Shown here piece after piece: positions 24,725 through 39,659 of a stretch of DNA of 64,000 bases. The notes beneath the pieces were generated by a model that saw only the letters and a program-made list of their open reading frames with translations, ran no database searches and was not told the DNA's origin. This DNA is from the human T2T-CHM13v2.0 reference genome, Homo sapiens: assembly GCF_009914755.1 (NCBI RefSeq), contig NC_060928.1, one strand, 5' to 3'. The translations under genes were made by a program, and so were the position numbers. The number at the start of each line of letters is the position of its first letter. Positions within the stretch are counted from its first letter, which is position 1.

Positions 24725-26391
24725 TCACACTCCAATGGTATCATTTTATTTTTTTGGAGTATGAGTCATTCACAACATCCTCCGTTTTATTTTCTCAAAC
24801 CCCTGCCGCAGACAGCACAGAACAGAAAGTAAAATTATGAAAAAGTCAAGTCAGCAGTTGGTAGGAATTTCTATTTTTGTTTCCGAAATAGAAAAAAAAA
24901 TAGATCTTTTAAAATCATGGCATATCATGTGATCAAGAAAAAATAAAGGAGTACTGAAAAAAAAAAGAAACTAAAAATAGCTCAGTGGCAATTTAATAAC
25001 TGACGAGACTTATCCCATGTGCTGGAATGAGTTTAAAACCTTTACCTGCTGTCACTCACACCATAGAGATTTAGTGTTCATAGCTGAAACCTAACATTGG
25101 ATGTGGAAGTATGTGATTATGATTCATTGATTCATCTTACAAATGCATTCCTCTGCTTAATAAGTGTCATTCTATTTGTTTAAAGGACATAAGAATCCTC
25201 AAGTTTGGAAGTGTAAAAAAAATCGACTCAAAGGATGAGAAAGAGCTGAAATACATGTGTACAAATAGCATTAGGACACCTGAAGCTAATCAGATCTGCA
25301 CCTGGTATTCAGCAAACTCTAGGTCAGGTGTTCTTCACACAGAAATGCTTTAAAAGTGAGGAGGTTGGTTGGAATCCTATATAATCAGACACTGTCAAAG
25401 CATAAAAGAGAAAAATATCTCCCCCATGAAAGCATGAGCAGAGGCAACCTATGCCATTGAATCCTTATCTCTTGGATTCCCTTCTTTGCTCCCCATAACT
25501 CAAAACAGGCAGGCAGCAGGCTGTACAGATGGAGACGCAACAGCCAGAGTCCGCGTGGAGCATCAGAGATCTGGCTAGTGGTCTAGTTAACAGTCAGCTA
25601 TTTTGGGATAATACCCACAGTTGTTTTTGCAAAAATGAAAAAAAAAAAAAGATGGATTTATCTTGAGTTCGGTATATAAAAATATTTGTACAGGTTGGTG
25701 CTTTGGCATGAGCCATTTTTCTCAATTTTAGATTATTTGCTGATTATCAAACAGACTTCCTTTGAAGTCAACAGCAAACAGACCCTGTTGAAAAGACACT
25801 ATGGGTAACATTAGTAACGTATTACAGTTTTAGGTCCCAAAAGAAATGTTTTAGGTACTGCTTATTATTTGCATGTAGTTTTGTTGTTTTTTACTTTGAA
25901 CATGCAGATGGCAGAGTGACTTAGAGATCTCCTTGCATGTCATACCCACACATTGTACTAGGTACAGAGGAGGGACTATGTAAGTCTGTATTCGTCAAAA
26001 TGATGGGCTGGGATTCCTCAGCCGGCAGGCAACACTGGGGGGAGTTAATAGAATTTGGGAGCTTAATGAGGCTTGATTCATTTAGGAAGTAAAATGATGT
26101 GGGGAAAGAAGCAACTGTATGAGATTGACAAGTATGTTTTTTGCAAAACACTTTTTATACATATAGTTATGTCAGCAGATATTTAAACTATCTTTTATAC
26201 TATAAATCAGTTTACTAATCACAAGTCTTCCATCAAGTAACTAGACTGGCAATCACATTAGTATATTTGACAAAAGCGAGTCTTGAAGTTATCTATGATG
26301 GTTTTAACAAAATAAAAGAAAGAACAATAACAAAGATACAACTTATCATCTTCATTTAATGCCTTTGCCAGCACTATGTTCTATATCCCAG

Positions 26392-26392
<1 letters not shown>

Positions 26393-26430
<38 letters not shown>
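26393..26430. repeat. (CA)19 microsatellite inside an antisense L2 fragment (~26350-26840)
   Basis: Perfect CA run. L2-like flanks (GATTGGATGTGAGGG, GAACCATGTTCTGGAGGGCCTTG). Confidence 0.95.
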
Positions 26431-26434
<4 letters not shown>

Positions 26435-29400
26435 ATCACATAATCCTTGCTCTTAAATTGCTTATAAAACAATAGGGAGAAAAAGACAGATGTAAAATAA
26501 ACTATTTTTGTCAGGAAAATACAAACACTATGCTTTAGATGTTTCAGTAGAGGAAAGAGACATATTTGGGTGGAGAAATGAGGAAATATTTCATGGATAA
26601 GAAAGATTGTGAAATGGGTCTTCAAAAGATGGGTAATATCTCAAATGGTAAAGAAGGGAAGAACATTTCAATAGAAAGTGCCGTTAACAAAGGAATGACA
26701 GTGGAGATGTATTAAATATGTTTAAGAAATGATTACTAAGCCAATCTGGATTGGATGTGAGGGTTGTGATTGGGAGGTGATTATAGAAAGCTGGAAAGGT
26801 AGGCTGAACCATGTTCTGGAGGGCCTTGGATAGCAGGCAAACGCAACTACAGTCATGACTCTCGTTTCAGGATTGGACAATTCTAAAGAGTTTCTAATTG
26901 TCTCATAGCAATCCATGTCTGACATTTCTATTCCATTATTAGTCATGACCCTTAATTAATATAACATGCAACCCCCAGAATACGAAAATGTTATTGTACA
27001 GGCCAAAGGATTCCTCTAGCCTTGATTATTGTTACCTTTCCAAAGACATTATCAAGGTCACGTGTTTTGTTAGATTTTGGAAAGTCAGCTCTCAAGGGCA
27101 AACATGAGGGTTTGCTGGTTGCCAGTGAACTCTTGCTAGTTTCTCCTGTATCAGACATGAGGGTCAGCTCAGTACCAGTTGCTTGGGCAATTTTATGCCA
27201 AGATGCCAGTAAATTAAAGTGGTGAAGTCCTTGGTCTCTCCACATATCCTAGACACTAGCCTGTGTTTATTGCATTTTATTCTAATGATATTTAAAAGGA
27301 GGGGAACAAAAGGCCTCCTAATCTTGTATCCAATTGTTCACCATTCACTTACTTGCAGAGTATTCAGTTAGTTTTTTCATTATTGTCGATTTTTCTTTAT
27401 TATTTCCATTTAAAACTTTCCAATGTACTAGTTTTGCAAATGTTCTTTCCTTTTTTGTACTCACTTTTTTTTTACTTAATGTGATTATTTTTCTGGTATA
27501 ACATGATTCTAGGAAAAGACTCAGATTGTTCTAATTAAAAATCTATTATACCTTGGATAAACTAAGAAGTTTGTCAAACTTCTTAAAAGGATAAGAGCCA
27601 ATTAATTTAAAAATCTGAGTACACATACTGTGCTAGATGGCTTGAGTCTAAACACAAAGTTGAAGTGACCATTCGGAAATCAGACCAATTATTTATATTA
27701 ATTCTGTGAAATCATTATATTTGGCCAAAATTAAGCAACTTTTAACTCAAACATGTACTCCAGAAGAGATACTATAACATTTGTGGCTAAGTGACATCAA
27801 TACATGCATTTCTGTCACTTTATCCTTAGTAATGCTGCTCTCCTGCCTTTCCCGTTCTCTGTGGATTGCTGTGGGAATAGACTACTATGTGTTTGTAAGA
27901 GTAAATATCAATCAAGGTTTGTTGGGTCTTGATGAATTCAATACTAGTAGTGTTTACAAGACTGTCTGCATTTCATTATGGTGGGGAATATTATATTGCC
28001 CCTGATTGCTGTCTCTTATTTTAACAAGCAAAAAGGAGGCTAAGTATGTGATCTCTGGTGCACTGTCACGTCATTGATAGCAGTTGAGGGCACTTTCTTG
28101 GGAAATATGTGACGATGACGTGCCAAATCTCTAAATAATCCTCAGTGAGTGTCTCTGTGCTAGAGGAGTTGGCCACTGACCAAGAAGTGGGCTCTCCTAA
28201 TTTCACAGATCAAGAAAAGCAAGTAAGTGCATGTAAAGATATCCGAGACAAAGGGTGACGGGGACAAAAGTTGCTAATGTCTTTTCCCATATGCTTTGTC
28301 TAATGGAGAAATAACCAATTCCCTTCTGCCTTGTTATCCTAGTGAAACAGTGGAAGGGTTACCTCCCTTCTTGCCCGGTAGCATAAATAGGAAAAAAAGC
28401 AACTTAAACTTAGACAGCCTTCATTTCATTTGGGCTTGGTTCATCAGTGGTCAATTTCAGTATTATTGTTTTGATAAATAAATCAATTTCTTTGCTGATT
28501 TTTTGTCTCCTCAAAACAATGTAGCTTATCACTCTGTTTAAAATAATAATAAAACAATAGAAGCCTATGAAACAGGTGCTGCTGGAAGGGTAAAATTGAA
28601 TGCTATGTGCTCCAAGATGGCCTGTGCAGGCAACAGGAGTAATAGGAATGATTAAACCCTGTCGGATGGGGTTAGGTTTTTAGAGCTTTCTTGCCTCATG
28701 ACAGGCTGTGACAGCCAAGTGGCACTGAAGCAGAACAAACTCCGATGGCAGTTTGCTGTGAACAGTGCAACTGTCAAAACTGCTGCACGAAAGCAAATGT
28801 TAGGGCTAACAACCAGCAAAGTTTGCAGCCTGACTACTGACATGCTGATGGCCAAAATGTCTTCACAAGTAAACTCCAGGTTATTCTCCTGTCTAGGGCA
28901 TTCCACTATTATGCTCAGGACTGCCTAGCTCCTTCTGTGCCCTGGGGATTGTCAACTTTCCATATTAGGACAAAGCATTCTTTCTTTGGAAAAGTACTAG
29001 CTAATCCTCCTATACTCACATAGAGTGCTAATATACATGTGTGATTCATACACAATTTATCATATTTTGTGTTGGTGGCGATCACAGGCAATCCACAAAG
29101 AGAAACCCTGTCTGTGTGTGAAATCTAGTTCCAATTATGTTGCTGTAAGAATAGGTTACAGCACAGATGTAAACCCGCCATCACAAATAGGGTGAAATAC
29201 TTCACACCCAAAGCTAAAACAGTGAACTTAGCATTGTCAACAGTTTCTTGAAAAGTTGAAAAAAAATTACTTTACACCCATGTGGTTTCACAGGTTTTTA
29301 TTAGAAGCCACAATACACACTTTTCACTAGCAGTAAATGCCTTCACCAGCAGCACACCTTCCAATATTGTAATAGCGTGGGGAGAGTTTCTCAGTCTCTG

Positions 29401-31249
29401 TCATCTCATGGGAATTCTCCCACTGAGTTTCCATAGGTTGCAGAGAATGACAAGGTTGCCCAGGGTCTGTATCATATGCAGACTCAATTTTAGCATTGCA
29501 TGCTGTCATATTTCTCATGTTTTGGAGAGTCCAAAAGGGAAGGTGTAATTCAAGCCTGAAATCGTCAGGGTGCTGGATGTCTTACCTCTGACGAGATCAG
29601 ACTCTCCAAATGTAATAGAAACCAGGAATTCTTTTCAGATCACAAAATCAATTTTTCTCTCTAAGAAAGCTCATCTGAAAGTCCTCATGCATGCATTCCT
29701 ACAGGCTTTAACAAGCTGGTGTACGCGACACAGTAGTGTTTACAGGCAGCAAAAGGATTACCACTCACATCTAGTTTGTAAAGGTAATGCCCATTAATTT
29801 ATAAAATATCTCTTGAATGAAAAACAGTCTACCCATACTTGTGTGCCCAAAATAATTCATGAGACCGATGATTTAGAAGTTTCATCTCCCTTACCTGCAG
29901 CTGAAAGGGCAAACACAATCATTCCACTTTTACTATTAGAAAGAAGAACATATTTTTTAAAGGGTAGTAAATTAGCTTGTGCTGGAAGCATCTGTTTTCT
30001 TGCCTTCATCACTGCCAACTCCCTCTGTTTTCTTTGATCTATGATTTGCAAGCTACTATTATTATTTATGTGTTCTACAATTACGACCAGTGACATCTCC
30101 CCTTCTCCAGCCCTAAGCCACAAATATGAAAGGAGTAAATGCTGTTTATTGTGACAGTCTGCCTTTTGTGTGGGGAACAATGACAAACTGTACCACTGAC
30201 AGCTCGCTACTGTTTTTACTGCTGCTCCCCACCTCACTTCCCCAGTGCTCTCCAGAATGTGACGATGGATGGACTTGAATAAAAATGCTTAGTGAGAATC
30301 TGTTGCATTCATTTACCTCCCAATGAGCTCCTTTGGGGACATGTATGGGATGAAGGACAGAAGGCCCAGCAGAAGCATGAGGACAGTTAAAAGTTTTTGC
30401 ACATCTTCAGGGGAAGGGAGAAGGAGGCTTCTTAGCTTGCTCAACAAAGATCTCTAACCACTGATGTGCTTAACTTTTTAAACATATTTTATTTTGAAAT
30501 CACACAGTGTAAAGATAATGTGAAGAGGGGATGCAGATCAGAGCCTTTACGAATTTTTGGAAAGATTTCCATTTCCTCAGCCTGGGAACTTTCCACAGAG
30601 CAGCATTTGCATAGAAGAATTGGAAGGACCAAAATGTTTGAGGTTTTCCGAAGGGCTTACGCTAATTAGCTTTTTAAGCTGTGTTAAGATGCTATGTTTA
30701 CAGGATAACTGTACCTTACGGAACAGAATAGATTAATAAATAAAAGAATCACTGCGATTTTTGTATACCCAACTTTGAGCTAAGTGCAAGCTTGTACATA
30801 TTTGACAGCCAGCCTGCTTTCATCTGATGTCATTGGACAGGAAAGATTACTAAAAGCCAGCACCTACATCGGGCCTCACAAAGATATTACATTTGAGCAC
30901 ATGTAGTTCTGTTTCCTCCTGTTTTCAGTGGTTTGTGAAAAGAATATTCAACACCCTCTGGAATTCCACTTTTAAAGAAGTAAATTTTTAAAAACCAACT
31001 GTGTCTTCTACCAAGTTTCTATTTTAGGGAACACATTTAAAAATCAATACCAACTCTTTCCATTGTTAAACAAACTCATGTTTTACAAAAATTGTTTAAG
31101 TGTTTTATTTTCATTCTTTGACATAAAATCTTCTACCAGTAGCTCTTAACTATTCATAATACAATTTAACCATTTAAAATCTACTGCTTATAACAGTTGC
31201 CTCACATAATTTTCCTTTAATGCAGGGCGGGGAGCTGGGGAGGTTGGAA

Positions 31250-31831
31250 ATAGAGATTGCAAAATGAGTTAAAAGAAACTTGATGAACTCAGCAAAAGTG
31301 AGAATTAAAGAAATGAGAAAATTAAGTAGTATATAATATTAAATAGTTTATTAAAGGTGTGAGAATGAAATGAAATTCATGTGATAATAAGTGTAAATGA
31401 GGGTTCCAATAGAGGGACAAAGACTTTTAGATTGAGATGAGAGATAAAACCCATCTGCTTGTAAAAAGCACATCTAAAATAAAGGTTTAAAACATGTTTG
31501 AAAGTATAAGGATAAACAAGAAGTGCCTGGTAAATGTAAAAACCAAAAAAAAAGTTGGAGTTACTTTATCAATATCATCTCAAGTGGAACTCAAGATTAT
31601 AGCCATAGAACAAAAGGAGTATTATGGAAGTGGAAAATGTTCTGTTCATAAGCATGAAAAACTATAAATGTATTTGCACCAAGCAATATAGCCATAGAAT
31701 ACATAATGCAAACTTCCAGAAATACAACTGGATAAAACCATTTGATAAATAAGGACTTTGTTTGTAAAATTCTAAGAGTTGTAATTAAGTAAAGAGGAAA
31801 AAAGCAAGGATTTAAATAATGCAATCAACAG

Positions 31832-31870
<39 letters not shown>

Positions 31871-32400
31871 CATGTGGATAAACAGTAGGTAGAAAAAATA
31901 ATAGATGTTTAATAAACAATTACATCATACTTACATCAAGAAAGACATGCTGGTTTTCTTCTGAGGTTTGACATATTAACTCATAAACTCTTCCTAACAG
32001 CCTTTTATAGATAGGAAACTGAGGCACTGACTGAACAGGTAACTTGCTTAATACTCCATGGCCAGAGAGCAGCAGAGCCGATAGGTCTGGCTCTAGGGCC
32101 TATGGTCTTAAGACTCAACCACCATGCTGCCTACAGAGAATATATGCACTTCTCTTATTCCATGAAAAAATATTAAAAACTACTCATGAATTTGATGAAA
32201 CAAACTTTAACAAATTTCAAAACATAGAGATTTACAGACCATATACTCTGACCATAAGCCAGTTAAACTAAAAGTCACCAGTGGAAAGATTTCCCCCTCT
32301 TCCTCCAAAAAAAAAATCTCCACATATAGATTTAAAACATATCATCATTAATTTCTGAATCAAAACAGGACCCCCAAACTAAGATTAAAAATAATTTAGC
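31250..32400 (+). mobile_element. Ancient L1M ORF2 (endonuclease region) remnant with nested MIR (~31960-32130)
   Basis: Degenerate AAAGTTGGAGTTACTTTATCAATATCA and ATAAATGTATTTGCACCAAGCAATATAGCC. MIR core ATAGATAGGAAACTGAGGCAC. Confidence 0.55.
31833..31867. repeat. (TG)n microsatellite
   Basis: ~17 perfect TG units. Confidence 0.95.
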
Positions 32401-32846
32401 AGTTAAATCTGCCATAATTATTCCCCTTAAACATGACACTTTTCACTCCCCACTCTATTGTTTTTAAACTGCTAATAAAATTTCTAAATATTCCCCTAAT
32501 TCCCTTTATTTGCACTAATCTAGTCACTTAGGTATATCTAAGTTGAATTTAATAGACCACGATTGTGTAATTTCCCACTGTTAACACAGAATTAATTTTA
32601 TACCTTTGTAAGTATATATTATTTGTAGTTTAATTTCTCCTAAGTTGGGCCCGTTATGGTTATGATAGTGGGATCTATGACCTAAAAACTTCAATCAGTC
32701 CCAATCCAGGAGTCATTTTAGAGCTTCAAGGGAGAAGGTAGGGCTTCCTAGTCACTTTGGAGACATTTGATAAGTAGGATATGGTAAATTTGACCAACTA
32801 GCTGTTATTCCCTTGTGATCTGCCTGCCCTTGATGACCACTACCTT

Positions 32847-32968
32847 CCTCTTCTTCTCCCTTGAGAATCATATGGTTGATGATTCTCTCCTCTTCTTCTC
32901 CCTTGAGAATCATATGGTTCCTCTCCTTCCTCTCCTCTTCTCCCTTGAGAATCATATGGTTGATGATT
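32847..32968. repeat. 3-copy tandem repeat, 42-bp period
   Basis: Core CTTCTCCCTTGAGAATCATATGGTT ends at 32877, 32919 and 32961. Confidence 0.95.
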
Positions 32969-33065
32969 ATTTCTTCAGACATCTTATTACCTTCCTTACC
33001 CTGGGTTTTAACCCATGAGGATTATTTATGCTTTCTTTGATTTTTTTCTTCCATTATCTCCCCCA

Positions 33066-33068
33066 CCA

Positions 33069-33113
<45 letters not shown>

Positions 33114-33123
33114 ACACACACAC
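33066..33123. repeat. Interrupted (CA)n microsatellite
   Basis: CA run with two TA interruptions. Confidence 0.95.
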
Positions 33124-35509
33124 CCCGAATAATCATTTTGGTAAGTCTGTTCTATAAATTATCATTCATGATTAATTTAGTTGCTCATATTTTAATCAAA
33201 TTACTCTAAACGTCTCTATATTGTCAGTTGCTTAGTCAAGGCAAGAGTTCACGGTTTTATTGATCTTTTTATTTTTACTATCGACTATACTAAGCTGGTA
33301 GGGAAAAACCTCATCATTATCAGTCTTACAGTGTATTATCATTGTCACGGTTATTGATGGCTAAAATAAAAATCGTGCTTATACACGAGAGATGAATCAT
33401 CTCTCATAACTGCCGTATAAAGTAAATAGCAAGTTAACGTGGTGACATTTAGGAACGAGGCCCAACATAAACAACTGTGCAGCTACTTAGGTCACTTATT
33501 TGTGCACAATAAGATAAGCACTGGTGATTTGCACACCACAGTTCACCATCAAAATAACATGGAGAAATGACTCATATTCTCTGAAGCCTTTATCATGAAT
33601 AATGGGCTTACTGGAAAAAAAAATAATCATTTTGAAAACTGATTTCAACCTACTTCTCCACAACCATATTCCACTAAATTTAGATATCTAAAAATAGATC
33701 TATAATTCTAACATCACATCTAAAAACTAGTGATTTTATTATGTACCATATTATAGTTATTTTATTTTGTTCTTCACAAAGATGTTTGAAGAAATCTTTA
33801 TGTGATTTACCAAATGTTTTCAATTACTGCTTCCTATCGAGTATTCCTAAGTACTGGGCGTATATGCTACATATTCAGACTTAGGGCAAGATGAGAGAGA
33901 ATCTATTTTAAAATGTCAAGCACATTGCCTGGCACATAGGTTTTAACATTTAAGGCATGAATCTAAGTGTACAATATGTTTGTGTCTTTTGAAATATAAA
34001 TTATCCATCATCTTAAATACCAATTCAAGAAAATACTTCCAGGACATAATGATTCTTTATAATAATATCTTCCCTTTTATTGTCAAATTGTAGTGGCCAC
34101 TTTGTTGGTCCACGTGGGCTCACTGGATGATACGTGCTCACAAGCAATTCTTGTTTACCTCCAGATGTGAGCAGCACCAACCACTCCGTCAATATCATAG
34201 CTATTAGGAAGTTTTTCTCACAGAATTCAGAAGGGAGTAAAAGAAGCAGACAGGTTGAAATTGCCTCCTGGGTCATTCTGAAGTGATGGGAAAGGTGAAA
34301 TTTCTTCTGGTCTAATGGGTGGAATTTTTCAAAGATGGAGTCCAGGTGGGTAGCAGTAGAATGAGACTCCAAGTTCCTGGACAATCTCTCCCTCACTGCC
34401 AAGCATGTACTAGCACAGGATAAAAGTTTGAATGAATAAATCAGTGACAAAAAACATCTGCACCATATGTGTATTCATTTCCATTCCACCTGGATTTCCC
34501 CCCTGCCCACGTCCATGCTCCAATCTGTTTTGGGGGTCCTTGATGCTTAATGCATCATGCTCTCAGTTAGAAAAGGTCACTGTAAGCCATGGTTTGAAGA
34601 CTCCATCATAGTGGCAGTTGATTTGGGATATTATTTTGCTTTAGGCAAGCAGGTCAACTTCATTTTTGGCTCAACTAATGAGACTGCTAAGAGTTTAACT
34701 TTGGCTGAAATCCAGCTTCCTCAACTCTTGGGTGAGAAGCAGGGACTGACAAAAAGCCATGTTTCTTTCCACAGCATCAAAACTGGCCAGGACATTACTG
34801 CAAAATGATCAACATTTTTACCCCATTATCAAAACTTCTTATTTACCAGTGACTTTTACAACCTGAACCAATCACTGTTGGAGTACAGCAAGTAGAGAAT
34901 GATATGGCTAGACATGGTGCCAGATTCTTGATTAGATTTTAGTTCTCTAGTTGTATTTGAATTAAAGTAGGAAAGCTATTATTACGTGGAAGACTTTTTA
35001 CAATTTACATATTACAGACAGTGGTAGTAAAAAAAAAACGAGATTAATACATATTTATTAGCAATATATATTCTACTTTCAAGGGAAAAATTCACATAAT
35101 GGAAAAATATGATTGAAACCTTGTGAAACAAATATGACAAATATATAATACTTTCTGTTACATCTTAGCAAGTGGATGATGATTGATGACTATGAATGAC
35201 AAGGACTATTTATATTTGAAACAAAAATAGGAATCTTCTTTTTTATCTAAGAAATTGATGGACTACTGTGGAGAGCTAAACTACCATTACAACAAAATAA
35301 GAAGATTTTACTAAAGGAATTGTTGCATAAGGTCAAGAAATTTCACCTTCGTATTCTAAATGGTACATGCATTGGATTGGTTCTAGTGTTCACTCCAGTT
35401 ATCTTCTTAGTCATCATCATCATGTTAATCCTCTTTGTCTTCAGTACAATTAGCGTCAACATCATATTTATCAAATACCCCTAAAACAATTAACATAATT
35501 TTCCAGATA

Positions 35510-35840
35510 AAGTGTCAAAAAACAATAACCCCTGGACCAAATCTGGTCCTACATCTGTTTTTATATGGCCCATGAGCTAAGAAATATTTTTATATTTTTA
35601 TATAATTGAACAAAATTAAAAGGAAACATACTTTGTAATGTGAAAATTATATGAAATTCAAGTTCTATCATTCATAAATAAATTTGTATTGCAACAGAAC
35701 CACACCTATCACTTAATTATCTATGGCTGCTTTTACTGCTACGTCTTCAGAGTTGAGTAATCACAACAGACACTGTATGCCTTGCAAAGCCTAAAATATC
35801 TACAGTCTGGCCCTGTACAGAAGAAGCTTGACAACCTCTG
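35510..35840. mobile_element. MER58B (hAT-Charlie non-autonomous DNA transposon)
   Basis: GGACCAAATCTGGTCCTACATCTGTTTTT...TATGGCTGCTTTTACTGCTAC...CAAAGCCTAAAATATCTACAGTCTGGCCCTGTACAGAAG...ACCTCTG. Confidence 0.8.
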
Positions 35841-36793
35841 TCCTCGCTGATAAGTATCCCTTTTAGCACTAACTCAAGTTAATTCTAAAACAAAGTCAAA
35901 ATTATTTGGCAAAATCAGGTTACTGTTTATTACAGGAATACTTAATTTGTGAACTTTAACTTATGTTCTTATTCAGTTATGGAAAACTTTTATGAACGCA
36001 GAGAGTGTGTTGACATACACATTGGCAGAACTGTTATAGATCATTTTGATTATGACTTTCTATACAGCCAGTGTTTGTTGCCTAGAGCTGATTTGTCCAA
36101 CTGAAAAATATAAATGAGTAATTTTTACTATTCTGTTTCCTTGGTTATAGAACAGTATACATGTAGTGGAACAATTCAAACTTGACTCGGGGCTATATTA
36201 CAATATTCTGCTCCTCTAAAAGAAAGATTTTTCAAGGGGAAAATTCAAATTAAGATTTCATTTGTTATGTCTTTTTAACAAAAGAAAAAACTTCATATTA
36301 TATTCACAAATTTTAAATGTCCTAATAATTATAAGACATACAAGAAGAGGGAGAAACAGGAGAAGAGAGATTTGTTGTTGCATGGTTGGCAAACATGGTA
36401 AAAGGATGTAATCTCAGAAAGCCTTCTCACACTTTCCTTTGATTTACCTGCTTCCACTCCACTGCATAAAGTCTGACTTTATGACACAGAACACCCCATC
36501 ATGGAATTTTGTAAGCAATAGTGATTTTCAGTGGGCTTTTCTAACATCAACAACAACCAACGAAAGACCGTTGATTTTAGAATATCTAAGCTTTGAGTAA
36601 TTATTTCAGAGTTGGTACTTTATCTGGCCATCTTATGGTTACTGTGGTTGGTAAATCCACTGTAATTTATTCACATTCTGCACATGATTGTTAAGAATTA
36701 TTTTTCAGCAACTATTCCCCCAGAAGATAGTGCTTTCGTATTTGTTTACCTAAAACCTTTATGAATTATTAGAGAATGAATGTACACATGTGA

Positions 36794-37101
<308 letters not shown>

Positions 37102-39078
37102 AGTGTGTGACTTTGAACATAATCCAGAATCATCATGCTCCCTAAGAATGATTTTTCAATTTAAATTTACTTAGGACGTTTCATTTTAAAGAAAAGCAGA
37201 ATTAGCTATTTTTCATTTTTCCTACACTATTTGATTCAGAAAGATGTACCTGAGCTTTGTGTTTTTCCCAACAAATTTCTATTTTGTCCTGTTACTTTGT
37301 TCTTAACAAAATGCTTTGCATGGATCTTTTTTATTGATTCCGAGGTCTGATCTCTTGGGAAATGTTTATTATGTATTATGTGTAAAGTTGATGTATGTAT
37401 GACCATAAAAAGCAGGATCTGTGATGTGAAGTCCTTTGAGTGTGACAATGGAAAAAATGGGATTATTTCTTACTTCATAAAAATCATTTCTTTCTTGCTC
37501 ATTTGAAAAGAAATGAAGCATTCATAGAATTACCACATTGATATTAATGATTACTGCAACAACCCGCTATGAATCTCTGATTTCATGACTGAAAAATAAA
37601 AAGGGAAAAGAACAACACAATATGTTGTTACATATAGAAAAACATAACATAAGATGACCTCACAAATGTTGATTCAAAAAGAAGCAAACTGTTGTCAATG
37701 ACTTTGGGGAAAAAACAGCTACTTTCAAGTCAAATCATCATAATATACTGCTAAGCTTCCCTTCGGTCATCAATGAGAACTGAAAAATACATAAATAATG
37801 AGGCACAATAAACACTTATATTGCAGAGTATGTGGAATTATGTTCTGATTAAACCCCCATCATCACCACCAAAATGCAGTACAGCTGCAATCTTGGAGGG
37901 AAAAGGTTTAGAAAGGAAAATAAATGTTATCAATCCTGTTATTATTTGCCATAATTTAAAGATATAATACAGTGTGGAAGAGGCACTAGTGTAATTTACC
38001 ATACATATCTGCATTAGAGTTTTATAAAGTGTTAAGTTATGTGGATCAGCAGGAAGCAGAAGAGGACAGGAAGTCAAAAAGCAGCTTTCCTTCTGAAATG
38101 AGAACAGTGATCCACCTAGTTTATATCAGAAAGAAACTTGGGAAACATAATTCTGACGGAAAGGGTGAAAGCGTGTGAACTGAGGCTCTGAAATTTCTCT
38201 GCATGTTTGGGAGCCCTCATTTGGACTCCCAGATGCGCCTCCATGCCTGGCTCCAAGAAGGTACAACTTCCTCATCACGAAGTACTGAGCCACTGGAGGA
38301 TAAGACCAGCAACTGGGATCCAAGTCTCTCCATAAATCCTCTGCGCAAAAGCTAAAAAGCAAACATAAAGGACAGCAAATAAAACTTCATGCCTTTTGCA
38401 TTACTAGGAGACAGAAAGTAAATTCCAAATTCCAGCCGGGCTCCTACCGTTGCCACCAGCTAGCAGTGGATGTAGAGAATCGGGGAGTAGGGGCTTAAGT
38501 AACTCCGTTGGAAACACAAGCAGCAGTGAAAAAAATTACCCCCAGAAAGAGAAAGTGCAATACTTGTTGCCGAAATAGTAAACACAGGTCTAAAACTTGG
38601 TAGTTCCCAGCACCAGGTACAGAAAAGCAGCTTGGGGTGAGCAGAGTGGAGGTGGCAGGCTCCAAGATCTATTTCTTCTGAGAGAAAAGGAGTTAAATGG
38701 AAATATGTGTAGTGTACCACCAAAAATGAGAGTGAAGGGAAAGAAGTCAAAGAAAAAGGATTCCTCAGAAGCATACTTTAAAAGGAAAACCACACAAACA
38801 CTGTACCAACAGAAGGGGGTGTGCTTGAACTAGGGACCCTGACATAAAGTATGTAGGCGTTCAAAAAAAAAAAAAGCAAAATTCCATCCAAAGACGCTTT
38901 AAGGAGAAAACAGTTCCTGTAAATCAAAACATGAGCTTATCAAAATTCTCTCCAAAACACCACCACAAAGCAGAAGAGAATTGTTAACACAATACTCTAA
39001 TTTGAATGTCGAATCATCAAACAAGAATTTGGAGATATTTTTAAAAATAGAATCAGAAATTCAAAACTTAAAACCAGA

Positions 39079-39409
<331 letters not shown>

Positions 39410-39659
39410 TCAAATAAATTCAAGAAGTATACTGAAAGAAAAAACAAAACCATCTCAGAAATAAGAAATAATTTAGTAATAACAAAGGGAGAATATATTC
39501 AAGTGAAAATCCAATAAGGAATTTATCATCAATCAACATAAGGTGGCTATGATGTGTAAGCTGGAATCAAACGAGGTCCTGCAAGGAATAAATACATTAT
39601 AATTTCCGTTGAATGGATCATTTCAGTAGTACGTTGCCTTTCTTGTCTCTGTGGTCTAT

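Noticed and set aside
32752-33018. Repetitive peptides (NHMILKGEEE) and a CRISPR-like look
   Set aside because: They come from the 42-bp tandem repeat. There are no unique spacers or cas genes, and the context is eukaryotic.
33387-33405. Inverted repeat GAGAGATGA-A-TCATCTCTC
   Set aside because: A 9-bp arm palindrome is within chance expectation for 64 kb, with no supporting context.
38450-38468. CTCF-like TGCCACCAGCTAGCAG (also CCACGAGGTGGGAG at ~58554)
   Set aside because: Mismatches fall at core positions, so it cannot be supported without ChIP data.
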